DNA from: an uncultured delta proteobacterium
GTDB lineage: Bacteria; Desulfobacterota; Binatia; UBA9968
Direction of reading: 5' to 3'
NCBI GenBank assembly: GCA_963771465.1
Contig: CAVYTU010000019.1
Span: 184,058 to 248,057 of the forward strand
Length of the DNA: 64,000 nt
Both the position numbers and the translations under genes were made by a program. Shown here piece by piece: positions 1 to 8,882 of the stretch (its first letter is position 1; each line of letters starts with the position of its first letter). The notes under the pieces are model-generated. The model was given only the letters and a program-made list of their open reading frames with translations, did not search any database and was not told the origin of the DNA.

Positions 1-683
1 GCGATCCCTTTGCGATACATGGCGTTGAACGCCAGCGAATCCTTCGCGGTTTGGATCGCCGGCGCTTCCTTGTCGCCGGTGGCATGTTCAGCGAGAAACG
101 GCAGAAACATATCGCTATGTTTCTCGTCGGCTTGGCTGTGCGCTTGCATGTTGGGAATCTGTTTCCAGGTAAATCCCATATCCTCCATCCATTTTTTCGC
201 CATGCGCGTCGACTGGCCGCCGCCGAGATCGCCGAGCAAGCGGTCGTCGTTGCACCACTCGGTGATGGTCATGCCGGTGAGCGATTCGGTCCAGGTCATC
301 TCGCTGGTCATCCACGACCAGGCATAGAGCGCCGCGCGGGTTTGCGGCGTCGGCTCGGCATTGAGAATCTCTTCCGGCTCAAGACCCACCGATTGACCCT
401 GGCGAATAATCAGGTGCAGGTGGCCATATTCGGAAAAGTCATCGCGAATGATCTCTTCGTACTCATGCTCCAAGATGCGCTGTTTGACGCCCATCACCGG
501 GCAGTTGGCCGAAACATGGGACCAACACTCGCGGCGGTGGCGCACGAACAAACTCTGCTGCTTTACCATGACCGCTGCCCTGGGCTTATTCATCTTGATG
601 GAAAAGTAAAAATCCATCTCCGGTGAGCGCATATAATCGCGCACCAGCTCGCCCAAACATTCGCGCCACTGTTTTTCGGTCAC
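1..683 (-). CDS. Heme-oxygenase-like diiron oxidase (HDO; CADD/PqqC/TenA fold) paralog 1, 3' end runs off the window
   Basis: Not in the ORF track; translated by hand from GTG at 683: MTEKQWRECLGELVRDYMRSPE...HRRECWSHVSANCP...HEYEEIIRDDFSEYGH...TEWCNDDRLLGDLGGG...HSQADEKH. Clear paralog of 1677-2384 and 2530-3237; start overlaps the upstream stop (GTGA). Confidence 0.85.
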   Translation of the reverse strand, partial: MTEKQWRECLGELVRDYMRSPEMDFYFSIKMNKPRAAVMVKQQSLFVRHRRECWSHVSANCPVMGVKQRILEHEYEEIIRDDFSEYGHLHLIIRQGQSVGLEPEEILNAEPTPQTRAALYAWSWMTSEMTWTESLTGMTITEWCNDDRLLGDLGGGQSTRMAKKWMEDMGFTWKQIPNMQAHSQADEKHSDMFLPFLAEHATGDKEAPAIQTAKDSLAFNAMYRKGI

Positions 684-1648
684 GGCTTCGCTCCTTTGTA
701 AAGTTTGTCGATAAACCCTTCCTGGACCAGCCGGTCGACCATCGAGTTGTCGAAAAGCTTAGCTTTTGCCGCGCCTTTGGCGCCGACCATATCCAGCACC
801 GTGTCCACCGCCGCCGGATCGACGCGCGGAATAGAATCCAAATATCTGCCGACGAACTCGTAGTGCGCTTCCGAGCTGCCGCCGCGCGCTCCCATATATT
901 TTTCCAACAGCTTGAGCGCCTGCGCCTTTCTGGTTTTCAACGCGGCGATGCCTTCGATGTAGGCGTGGACGATAGCGTCCACCGACTTCGGCGACTTGAG
1001 CAAATAGTCGTTGCTCACGGCCAAAAGATTCATCGAGAATGGAATGCCGAGTTCGGCGGCGTCAACCAACATCTTCGCCTGGGGCCCCGGCGCTTGTGAT
1101 GACACCCGCCCTTCTGCCTGGCGCGCGCGAAAACCGAGATCGGCTTCCACCACGCCGCCAAATTGGCGCAGCTCGGTTTTGCCTTCGAGATTGAGCTTGC
1201 GCAAAATCAGCCGCGTGACGAAGTCGCTGGTCGAACCGAACCGGGTGATCGCAAGTGTCTTTCCTTGCAACTGTTCGGCGCGCTGAATCTCCGGCTGCAC
1301 CCAAAGCTGCATGCCGGGCCGGCTAGTGTTACTGCCGACGGCGACCATCGGCGCGCCCTTCAGCGTCGCCGCCACCACCGCGTTGCTCGCGCCCAACGCC
1401 GCCTGCACGCTGCCGCCGACAAGAGCTTGAATTGCCGTCGCCCCCGAGCTGATATAAACCAGCTCGGCATTCAAGCCATATTTTTCGAACGCGCCGATCT
1501 CTTTCGCCATCCACACGCCCGCCATGCTCGGACTGATCGCCGCGTAAGCGAAGGCAATTTTTTCGCGCGGCAATTCGGCGGCTAGACTGAGCTGAGCTAG
1601 AATGAAAAAGCTCGTGATCGTTATCGTGAGAAATCGAAGTTCGCGCAT
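680..1648 (-). CDS. ABC transporter substrate-binding protein, NMT1/THI5/SsuA-like
   Basis: Signal peptide; motifs WMAKEIGAFEKYG, GKTLAITRFGS, C-terminal EGFIDKLY; ATG 1648 preceded by GAGGTG (ORF track starts at TTG 1684). Confidence 0.85.
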   Translation of the reverse strand: MRELRFLTITITSFFILAQLSLAAELPREKIAFAYAAISPSMAGVWMAKEIGAFEKYGLNAELVYISSGATAIQALVGGSVQAALGASNAVVAATLKGAPMVAVGSNTSRPGMQLWVQPEIQRAEQLQGKTLAITRFGSTSDFVTRLILRKLNLEGKTELRQFGGVVEADLGFRARQAEGRVSSQAPGPQAKMLVDAAELGIPFSMNLLAVSNDYLLKSPKSVDAIVHAYIEGIAALKTRKAQALKLLEKYMGARGGSSEAHYEFVGRYLDSIPRVDPAAVDTVLDMVGAKGAAKAKLFDNSMVDRLVQEGFIDKLYKGAKP

Positions 1649-1676
1649 CGCCGCCACCTCGGCAGTCGCTGGAAAT

Positions 1677-2384
1677 TTAGACAAGCCGTGCCATCGCGTC
1701 GGCGAGCCCCGCTTGATAAACCCGGTAAAGCTCTTCCGACTCCTGCGCCGCTTGTAAAATCATTTTTTCATTTTCACCTTTGCCGTACTCCTCCCAGACC
1801 GGCAGGAACATATCGACATGACCCTTGTCTGCTTCGCGGTGCGCGCGCCAATTCGGCAGATCGTCCCAGGTGATACCCAACTGCTCGACCCAGCGCTGGC
1901 CCATGCGATATGAATGGCCGCCACCCAAATCGCCGAGCAGCCGATCGTCCTGATTCCATTCCGTCATCGACATCGCTGCCAACCCTTCGAGCCAATGTTT
2001 TTTCTTGCACATCCAACCCCAGGCATAAAGCGTCGCCGAGGTGGTCGCGATCGGTTTGGCGTTCAGAATATCATCGGCACTGAGCCCGATGCATTGCCCC
2101 TGGCGAATGATCAGATCGAGATGGCCATGATCGGAATGTTGATCGCGAATCATCTCTTCGTACTCGTGGCCGAGAATTTTTTGTTTGACCGCGAGCACCG
2201 GTGAATTCCCCGAAACATACGCCCAACAGTCGCGCCGGTGGCGCACGTAAAGCGATAGCTGTTGCAGAATAAGCTGCGCGCGCGCCTTTGTGATCGGAAT
2301 GGAAAAATAACGCTCCAGCTCAGGCGACGACATCGTCTGCCGCGCCAGCGCGCCGAAAGCGGCGGACCAACCGTTAATATCCAT
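1677..2384 (-). CDS. Heme-oxygenase-like diiron oxidase (HDO) paralog 2
   Basis: 235 aa; HEYEE...GH, TEW and HREADKGH match the CADD-type E/H, E, HxxxDxxH metal-ligand pattern. Confidence 0.8.
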   Translation of the reverse strand: MDINGWSAAFGALARQTMSSPELERYFSIPITKARAQLILQQLSLYVRHRRDCWAYVSGNSPVLAVKQKILGHEYEEMIRDQHSDHGHLDLIIRQGQCIGLSADDILNAKPIATTSATLYAWGWMCKKKHWLEGLAAMSMTEWNQDDRLLGDLGGGHSYRMGQRWVEQLGITWDDLPNWRAHREADKGHVDMFLPVWEEYGKGENEKMILQAAQESEELYRVYQAGLADAMARLV

Positions 2385-2421
2385 CCTTCGATCTCCTCAT
2401 TAAACTTTCCAATATCAAAAA

Positions 2422-2510
2422 AAATCCCCCTCAATCCCCCTTTTTCAAAGGGGGAAGAGACGGCTCGAACTCATACCCCCTCTTTAAAAAAGAGGGGTCG
2501 GGGAAGATTT
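2422..2510. repeat. Palindromic REP-like element (ATCCCCCTCAATCCCCCTTTTTCAAAGGGGGA...CCCCCTCTTTAAAAAAGAGGGG)
   Basis: Two internal hairpins inside an outer imperfect inverted repeat, between HDO paralogs. Confidence 0.7.
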
Positions 2511-2529
2511 CATTCATAAGCGCTGTCCG

Positions 2530-3237
2530 CTAACACAATCTTTCCATCTCCTTGGCGATCCCGTAGCGGAAAATTTTTAGCAGCTCCATGGACTCCTTCG
2601 CGGCTTGAATGACCAACGCCTCTTTTTCGCCAATGGCGAACTTTTCAAGATCATCCAGAAACATGTCGCTGTGTTCCTCATCCGCTTGGGCGTGCACTTT
2701 GAAATTCGGCATCTGCTCCCAGCCAAAACCAAGATCGTCCATCCAGCGCTTTGCCATCCGGCTCGACAATCCGCCGCCGATATCGCCCAGTAACCGGTCA
2801 TCGTTCGCCCACTCGGTCACGGACAACGACACCAAACCTTCCAGCCAACTTTTCTCCCGCGTCATCCAAGCCCAAGCGTAGAGCGTCGCCATCGTCGAAG
2901 CCAACGGCGCGACGTTCAGCACTTGCTCCGGCGTCAATCCAAGAGCTTTGCCTTGCCGGACGATCAATTCCATGTGTCCGTGTTCGGTATAGTTGTCTTT
3001 AATCACTTCGCCATACTCATGCTGCAAGATTTTCTGCTTCACCGACATATGCGGACAATTGCCCGACACATGAGACCAGCAATCGCGCCGGTGGTGAATG
3101 AACAAGCCCAACTGCGTGATCAACACTTGCGCGCCCGGCTTGGTGATTTTGACTTTGAAGTAATGGTCAATCTCCGGCGAGCGCATCGCATCGCGCACCA
3201 CCGCGCCGAGCTCTCGCCGCCACTCGTTACGATTCAT
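2530..3237 (-). CDS. Heme-oxygenase-like diiron oxidase (HDO) paralog 3
   Basis: HEYGE...GH, TEW, HAQADEEH; ATG 3237 downstream of GAGG gives the same 708-bp length as paralog 2. Confidence 0.8.
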   Translation of the reverse strand: MNRNEWRRELGAVVRDAMRSPEIDHYFKVKITKPGAQVLITQLGLFIHHRRDCWSHVSGNCPHMSVKQKILQHEYGEVIKDNYTEHGHMELIVRQGKALGLTPEQVLNVAPLASTMATLYAWAWMTREKSWLEGLVSLSVTEWANDDRLLGDIGGGLSSRMAKRWMDDLGFGWEQMPNFKVHAQADEEHSDMFLDDLEKFAIGEKEALVIQAAKESMELLKIFRYGIAKEMERLC

Positions 3238-3289
3238 CTGCGCCATCCTCAAAATATTTGCTCTGGCGTAGACCGCGCCAGTGCAACAA

Positions 3290-3318
3290 CTCGAAACCCG
3301 AGACACGAAACCCGAAAC
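3290..3318. repeat. Heptamer tandem repeat (CNCGAAA x4)
   Basis: ctcgaaa cccgaga cacgaaa cccgaaa, intergenic. Confidence 0.6.
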
Positions 3319-3321
3319 GCT

Positions 3322-3661
3322 TCAGACCGGCCAGCCATGCTCGGAGACATCGACACGGTTGCCTTCGACGTCTTTGATCCAGCTCTCCGCCACTGCGCCG
3401 AAAGTATTTTCTTCGGCTTTGGTATTGGCGATCTTTTCGATCTCGCCGACGTTGTCGACTTTGAAACCGAAGTGATGAATGCCCCAGGGATACTTGTCCG
3501 TGCTGATTAACGCCACGTCCATGTGGCCGTCGGAAAGATAAATCGTTCCGCTCGGCCCGCGGTATTTTTCTTCCATCTGAAAAATTTGCTTGTAGTACTC
3601 CGCGCATTTCTCGCGGTCCGCAACGTTGATCGCGATATGTCTGAATTCTCGGTTTTTCCAT
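3322..3661 (-). CDS. VOC/glyoxalase family protein (apparent +1 frameshift near 3644)
   Basis: ATG 3661 after GGGAGG gives MEKPRI; removing one base continues RHIAINVADREKCAEYYKQIF...IHHFGFKVD...DVEGNRVDVSEHGW. Confidence 0.75.
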
Positions 3662-3751
3662 ATGCATCCTCCCTTTAATTCAAAAATTCCACCTGAGTGC
3701 CAAGCCGACTAGTGTCCATGAAAGTTCGCCCCACCCTTCATCCTTGACGCA

Positions 3752-4744
3752 TCACCGAATGATCTTGGTTGCCCGTGCTAAAAGATCGGGGGGAATCGTC
3801 AGGCCGATTTTCTTAGCCGTTTGGAGATTGATGACGAAATCAAACTTCATTGGCTGCTCCACGGGAAGATCCGCGGGACTGGCTCCCTTGAGGATCCTGT
3901 CCACGAAATATGCGACGCGCCGGTAGCTCTCCGTATGATCAGCGCTGTAGGACATGAGACCGCCGACTTCAACATGTTCTTTGTTGACGTACACCGAAGG
4001 CAATCGGTTCTTTGTCGCAAACCCGACAATCCGTTTTTGATTGGCGGCGAATAGAGCGCCCCCAAGCAAATAGAGTCCACCTGGGCGCTGTTTGCTCAGT
4101 GCAGCGAATATTCTATCGAAATCGTCTGCGCCTCGTGCCTCCCAAGGCTGAAGCGTCAACCGCAGCGCACGCGCCGCCTCTGGGAGAACTTCTTCTAGCT
4201 CGAGTTCATAGTTCGGATTTCCCGATTCGTAGAGCAATGCGACGCGGGAAAGTTTGGGAACCGCTTCTTTGAGCAGCTCCAGCCGCTTACCACCTAATTC
4301 TCTGCCAAGGTTGGTAACGCCGGTGACGTTACCACCGGGACGGGCAAGGCTTTCAACTAGTCCCGCCATCACTGGATCGGCCCCAATGCCCATCATAACG
4401 ATGGGAATCGTCTTGGTCGCATTCTTGGTTGCCTGGATCGCCCGCTCCCCTCCCGCTACGAGGATGATATCAACTTTGAGGGTCACCAGCTCGGCCGCGA
4501 GATCAGGTAGCCGAGAGCGATTCCCCTCAGCGTATCGGTACTCGACGACGATGTTCTGTCCTTCGATGTAGCCGCGCTCGCGCAGAGCGAGCCGAATTGC
4601 CTCGGCACGGGCGGACTCGGTAGCTGGGTCTGTAATGGCCAGATACCCTAGCCGCGGGACCTTCTTCGGTTGCTGCGCGTGGGCGAGAGAGGCAGTAGTC
4701 AAAAGTATAGTTGCAAGTTCCCGGATAGCGGTTCTTCTGTCCAT
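3752..4744 (-). CDS. ABC transporter substrate-binding protein (ABC_sub_bind, PF04392-type)
   Basis: AQQPKKVPRLGYL, SLARPGGNVTG, GGLMSY, ADLPVEQP, FVINLQTAK signatures. Confidence 0.9.
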   Translation of the reverse strand: MDRRTAIRELATILLTTASLAHAQQPKKVPRLGYLAITDPATESARAEAIRLALRERGYIEGQNIVVEYRYAEGNRSRLPDLAAELVTLKVDIILVAGGERAIQATKNATKTIPIVMMGIGADPVMAGLVESLARPGGNVTGVTNLGRELGGKRLELLKEAVPKLSRVALLYESGNPNYELELEEVLPEAARALRLTLQPWEARGADDFDRIFAALSKQRPGGLYLLGGALFAANQKRIVGFATKNRLPSVYVNKEHVEVGGLMSYSADHTESYRRVAYFVDRILKGASPADLPVEQPMKFDFVINLQTAKKIGLTIPPDLLARATKIIR

Positions 4745-4896
4745 TATCTCTTACCGTTACGCGTTTGCTTCATTGCGCATGACAATTCGAGTCTGACTGG
4801 TATACAAAACACACTCTACTAAAACTTCAGGTCCTTCGCGTCTTCGTCGTGAATACTCCCCCACGGGAAGCAAAGGAGCCGTGTTTCGCACCGATG

Positions 4897-5646
4897 CTAC
4901 TTCCCATGTGAAAACGCCGGAGCGGTCAGCTCGCGTCTCATAAACTCTGTCACCAATGGCCAGGTGAGATCGGCGAGATAGGGCTGGTAGCCGTCCGACT
5001 CGGTGGATGCGAAGCCGTGATTGCCGAAGTGAAAATAGTGCCACTCCAGCGGCTGACCGTTGGCGTGGAAACTTTCCATCACCTTCATCTGGATCGGAAA
5101 CGTACTGGTGCGATCGTTGCCGCCGTAGAGCACCATCGACGGGCATTTGATTTCTCGCGCTGCTTCGTTGGGATGACGCGGCCGGATACGGCTCGCCGGT
5201 TCGTCGGCGACCGAAGGATAGTAAGCGACGAACGCCCGCGCCGCCGGCGTCGCAGCGACGAAATGAATGCCGATACGCCCGCCCATGCAGTAACCGATGA
5301 CGCCGACGCGCGCGCCGTCGACGTCGTTGCGCGACAGACAATAGCGCCAGCCGCGGTCGATGACGCGCACGAAGTCCGGATCCGGCGTCTTGTTCTGAAT
5401 CTCCGTGCCCTTGTCGATATGCTGTTCCGCCGGATAACCGAGCATGTGATAAAGATTGGGAATCACCGTCGTGTAGCCAAGCTGCGCGAACCTATACGCC
5501 GCGGTTTTCAAATAACCGGTGAGGCCGGAATGCTGATGAATGAGCAAGAGACCCGGCCCTTTCTCATCGCGCTCGGGATGAGCGATGTAACCTTCGATGC
5601 CGTCCTTCTCCTCTTTCAAGCCGCGTGTCACGATTGCCGCCATCAT
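4897..5646 (-). CDS. Dienelactone hydrolase family protein
   Basis: GYCMGG nucleophile elbow, GGND, HGF; GGAGGAG RBS. Confidence 0.85.
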   Translation of the reverse strand: MMAAIVTRGLKEEKDGIEGYIAHPERDEKGPGLLLIHQHSGLTGYLKTAAYRFAQLGYTTVIPNLYHMLGYPAEQHIDKGTEIQNKTPDPDFVRVIDRGWRYCLSRNDVDGARVGVIGYCMGGRIGIHFVAATPAARAFVAYYPSVADEPASRIRPRHPNEAAREIKCPSMVLYGGNDRTSTFPIQMKVMESFHANGQPLEWHYFHFGNHGFASTESDGYQPYLADLTWPLVTEFMRRELTAPAFSHGK

Positions 5647-5701
5647 TCGCTCCTCCCGCCAGGGACTCAATTGGTTCTATCGGCCGGTCTCCGCAACCGC
5701 G

Positions 5702-6682
5702 CTAGGATTTCTTGTAAAGTTTGTCGAAAAAGCCCTCACGGCTGAGCTTCTCGACGATTGAATTGTCCTGAAAAGTTTCCACCGCAACGCCCTTTTTGCC
5801 GATGAATTCCAGAATCGTCTGCACCGCCTCGGGCTCCGCTCGAGGGATGCGATCCAAATAGGTTACCGAATCGCGATAGTGGTCTTCGACCTGCTTGGGG
5901 TCTCCGAGATGAGCGTATTTGGCGATTATCTTAAGCGCGCGTTCCTTGTTTTGATTCATGAACGCGACCCCCTCGGCGTAGGCACGCACGACGCCTTCAA
6001 CGGTCTCCGGATTGCGCTTTAATAAATCGCGCGAGACCGCGATCATGTTCATCGAATAGGGAATTCCCATGTCGATGAGGTTTACCAGGATCTTTGGCAC
6101 GGTCTGTCTGGGCCCGCGCAGGTCTCCCGTCACGGCGCCGGCGATCTGGCGATTTTGAAATGCCGCGGCCACTTCGAGCGTGCCACCCATCTGGCGCACG
6201 TTGACCGCGCCTTCGAGGCCATATTTTCGCAGCAGGATACGCGTCAAGTTATCCGTGATCGAGCCAAAGCGAGTGACGCCGAGAGTTTTTCCCTTGAGAT
6301 CTTCGATGCGGTTTATGTCCGGCTGAACGAAGAGCCGGTGATAGGGCCGGTTCGCGGTGCCGCCGACGGCGACGATCGGCGCGCCGTTCAACACCGCATT
6401 GATCACCGCGTTGCTCGCCGCGCTTCCGCCTAGAAGATCGCCGCCGATCAGAGCCTGAACCACCACCGGACCGGAGGAGATGAAGATAATCTCGGCCTGA
6501 ATACCGTTCTTTTCAAAGGCGCCGCTTTCCTTGGCCATCCACACACCGGTCGCCATCGAACCGATCGACGAGTAGGCAAAACTGATCTTCTTGGATTCCG
6601 CCGCGCCAGCAGGGGACAGGGAAAGAAGAATAAACAGCGAAACGAACTGGACTCTTCGCAAGTGTTCGAGCATCAGTGTCAT
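5702..6682 (-). CDS. ABC transporter substrate-binding protein, NMT1/THI5/SsuA-like
   Basis: Signal peptide; WMAKESGAFEKNG, DLKGKTLGVTRFGS, EGFFDKLY; paralog of 680-1648. Confidence 0.85.
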   Translation of the reverse strand: MTLMLEHLRRVQFVSLFILLSLSPAGAAESKKISFAYSSIGSMATGVWMAKESGAFEKNGIQAEIIFISSGPVVVQALIGGDLLGGSAASNAVINAVLNGAPIVAVGGTANRPYHRLFVQPDINRIEDLKGKTLGVTRFGSITDNLTRILLRKYGLEGAVNVRQMGGTLEVAAAFQNRQIAGAVTGDLRGPRQTVPKILVNLIDMGIPYSMNMIAVSRDLLKRNPETVEGVVRAYAEGVAFMNQNKERALKIIAKYAHLGDPKQVEDHYRDSVTYLDRIPRAEPEAVQTILEFIGKKGVAVETFQDNSIVEKLSREGFFDKLYKKS

Positions 6683-6683
6683 C

Positions 6684-7310
6684 TCATCCTCCGCCGAGAC
6701 CGCTGCCGAGTATTTCCACTCCCTCGGTTTTCTGAATGTAGCCGGCAAATTGATACTTGTTCTCCCGCGGGTCGGGCACCCGTTTGGATTTCTTCGGCCC
6801 GTCGGTATCGAGCGGCTCGACGCGGGCGCGGATAAAATGCGGGCCGTCGCTCGACAGCGCTGCCTGAATCTGTGTGCGAAACGCCGCGGCGTCCTCTATG
6901 GTGCAGGCGCTCTCGATGCCGCATCCTTTGGCCACCGACTCTAGATTCATTTTGCCGGCCGTCGCCGTCGGCATGCCCGGCGCATGCTTGTTGCTGCCGA
7001 GATAATTCTGGTTGTCTATCAATACAATAGTCAAATTTTTCGGCGCTTCGTTGGCGATGGTGCCGAGCACGCCGAGATTCAAAGTGAGATTGCCGTCGGA
7101 ATCGAGCGCGACGATTTTGCGATTAGGCAACGCCAACGCGAGACCCAGCGCAGTGGAGGAACACATGCCCATGGTTAGATGAAACAGGTTTGCTTCCCGG
7201 TCTTTCAGCTGGCCCCAAAAGCCGCTGTTATTGCCGATGCTGCTAAGCACGAGCACATCGTCAGGGACGATCGCCGATAATTCTTTTAGCAAAGTAAAGC
7301 GCGTTACCAT
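6684..7310 (-). CDS. ThDP-dependent decarboxylase beta subunit (ComE / phosphonopyruvate decarboxylase-like)
   Basis: MGMCSSTALGLALA and DSDGN...IDNQNY (GDG...NN ThDP motif with SDG variant); overlaps the alpha subunit stop. Confidence 0.8.
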   Translation of the reverse strand: MVTRFTLLKELSAIVPDDVLVLSSIGNNSGFWGQLKDREANLFHLTMGMCSSTALGLALALPNRKIVALDSDGNLTLNLGVLGTIANEAPKNLTIVLIDNQNYLGSNKHAPGMPTATAGKMNLESVAKGCGIESACTIEDAAAFRTQIQAALSSDGPHFIRARVEPLDTDGPKKSKRVPDPRENKYQFAGYIQKTEGVEILGSGLGGG

Positions 7311-7801
7311 AAAGCCTCCTCGTTCAGCAGCACGGCGACAGGCTTCAACCAAGCGCGCGCGGATTCATTGCAATCCTTGATGGTGCGGACAATGTCCTCG
7401 GGCCGGCTGACGATGCGATAGGGAATATCCATCGCGTTAAGACCCGGCTCGGTGGTCTTTTTGTAAAGTCCCATCCAGCGCGGGTCGCCGATATCGCCGC
7501 GGTATGGGATGACGACCAAAACCGGCACTTCGTGCAGTAAATTAATCCGCGCTAAGTGATAAGTCGCCACTAACAAACCCGAGGTGGCGAGAATCAACGC
7601 CGGCTTCTTGCCGCCGAACCAAGCACCGAAGCCGATGCCGGTCGCCTCCGCCTCGTTGGCCGCGCCGACGTAGCGGATGTCACGGTCTTCAGCAAGCATT
7701 TTGTAAACTTCGATGAACTGGGCGTCGGGCACGCCGGTGGCGAAATCGACACCGGCTTCCTTGAGCCCTTGTATCACCAGTTGAGCTTTCGCTGGTTTCA
7801 T
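7304..7801 (-). CDS. ThDP-dependent decarboxylase alpha subunit (ComD-like, PYR domain)
   Basis: GVDFATGVPD, NEAEATGIGFGAWFGGKKP, YRGDIGD. Confidence 0.8.
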   Translation of the reverse strand: MKPAKAQLVIQGLKEAGVDFATGVPDAQFIEVYKMLAEDRDIRYVGAANEAEATGIGFGAWFGGKKPALILATSGLLVATYHLARINLLHEVPVLVVIPYRGDIGDPRWMGLYKKTTEPGLNAMDIPYRIVSRPEDIVRTIKDCNESARAWLKPVAVLLNEEALW

Positions 7802-7814
7802 ACCTTCGCCTCTC

Positions 7815-8882
7815 TCAGCGCGGCGGAAGCGGTTGGTTGCCGCCGAGCAATTTGTAAAATTCAATCACTTCCGGATCGCGCGGCAGATCTTTGATCGCCT
7901 TGTCGTTGGCGACTGGCAAAAGCGGCGACGCCTCTTCGCCGGTTAACTTCAGATATTCGGCGAGAAATTCCCGATCCGCGTAAATTTTTCGCATCGCCTC
8001 GCGTAAAATGTCCGCGCGATCTTTCGGCGTGCCGGGAGGCAAAATGAAAGGCGAACCGGCAAGTCTGAACGTGCGGTGGAGCGCGAGCAGCTTGCGCTCC
8101 TTCTCCGACTTGACGAAGCTATCCAGTTCCGGCAGCTGGGCGAAGCGCGGATGTTTATCGCCTCGAGGAATTTCAATGATGCTATGAAAGTCCATCAGTC
8201 CTTTGTCGAGAAACTCCGGGTTTTGCTTCACGATACTGCTGGCCACGCCCGAACTAGCATCGAGCTCGCCGTTAAGCATCCCCACATCCAACTCCGGAGA
8301 AGAGTAACCGACGACAAACTTCGGATCCTTCAAGCCGTGCAGGTATGCAAACAGGCGGCCGGTTAGATAAATCGGATGGCCGACGGTCTGAGCGCCGATC
8401 CGCAATCCCGAATGGGCGCGCAATTTTTCCATACTAGCCAAACCGAGTTTTCGATTGGTGAAAAACACATAATGGGATTCGCTGTTCGGCGAGCCCAGAT
8501 AGATGAACTTGTCGAGATCGTATTGCACGCCGGCCTCGCCCAAAATCGCGGACGATACCATGCCGCTCGGCGCGCTGCCGACGATCAGGCCATCGGCGTG
8601 CGCGCCGCGATAGAGATGATTGGCGGCCTTGGTGCCACCGGCACCGGCCATAAACTCGATCATGACGGTCGGATTTCCCGGCACGTGCTTTTTGAGATAG
8701 TTCGCCACCGCTCTCGTGCGCATCTCGCCGACGCCGCCGGGAGCGCTGCCGCGAACGATGGTGATGGTTTTCCCTTGATAGAATGGCGCCTGAGAATAAA
8801 CGGCTGGAGACGAAAGGAGAACTAACCAGAAGCTCCACGCCGTAACGGCTATGAATTTACGTCCGCGATTGCTTGCGGTCAT
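7815..8882 (-). CDS. Tripartite tricarboxylate transporter substrate-binding protein (TctC/Bug-like)
   Basis: FYQGKTITIV, HVPGNPT..MAGAGG, PPGTPKDR. Confidence 0.8.
   Translation of the reverse strand: MTASNRGRKFIAVTAWSFWLVLLSSPAVYSQAPFYQGKTITIVRGSAPGGVGEMRTRAVANYLKKHVPGNPTVMIEFMAGAGGTKAANHLYRGAHADGLIVGSAPSGMVSSAILGEAGVQYDLDKFIYLGSPNSESHYVFFTNRKLGLASMEKLRAHSGLRIGAQTVGHPIYLTGRLFAYLHGLKDPKFVVGYSSPELDVGMLNGELDASSGVASSIVKQNPEFLDKGLMDFHSIIEIPRGDKHPRFAQLPELDSFVKSEKERKLLALHRTFRLAGSPFILPPGTPKDRADILREAMRKIYADREFLAEYLKLTGEEASPLLPVANDKAIKDLPRDPEVIEFYKLLGGNQPLPPR

Noticed and set aside
1-3237. Calling the triplet PqqC or TenA
   Set aside because: No pqqABDE or thiamine genes nearby, no TenA catalytic Cys motif, and a CADD-like HxxxDxxH metal-ligand set is present.
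6684-7801. Coenzyme M or phosphonate biosynthesis cluster
   Set aside because: No comA/comB or PEP mutase in the window; the context is uptake and catabolism.
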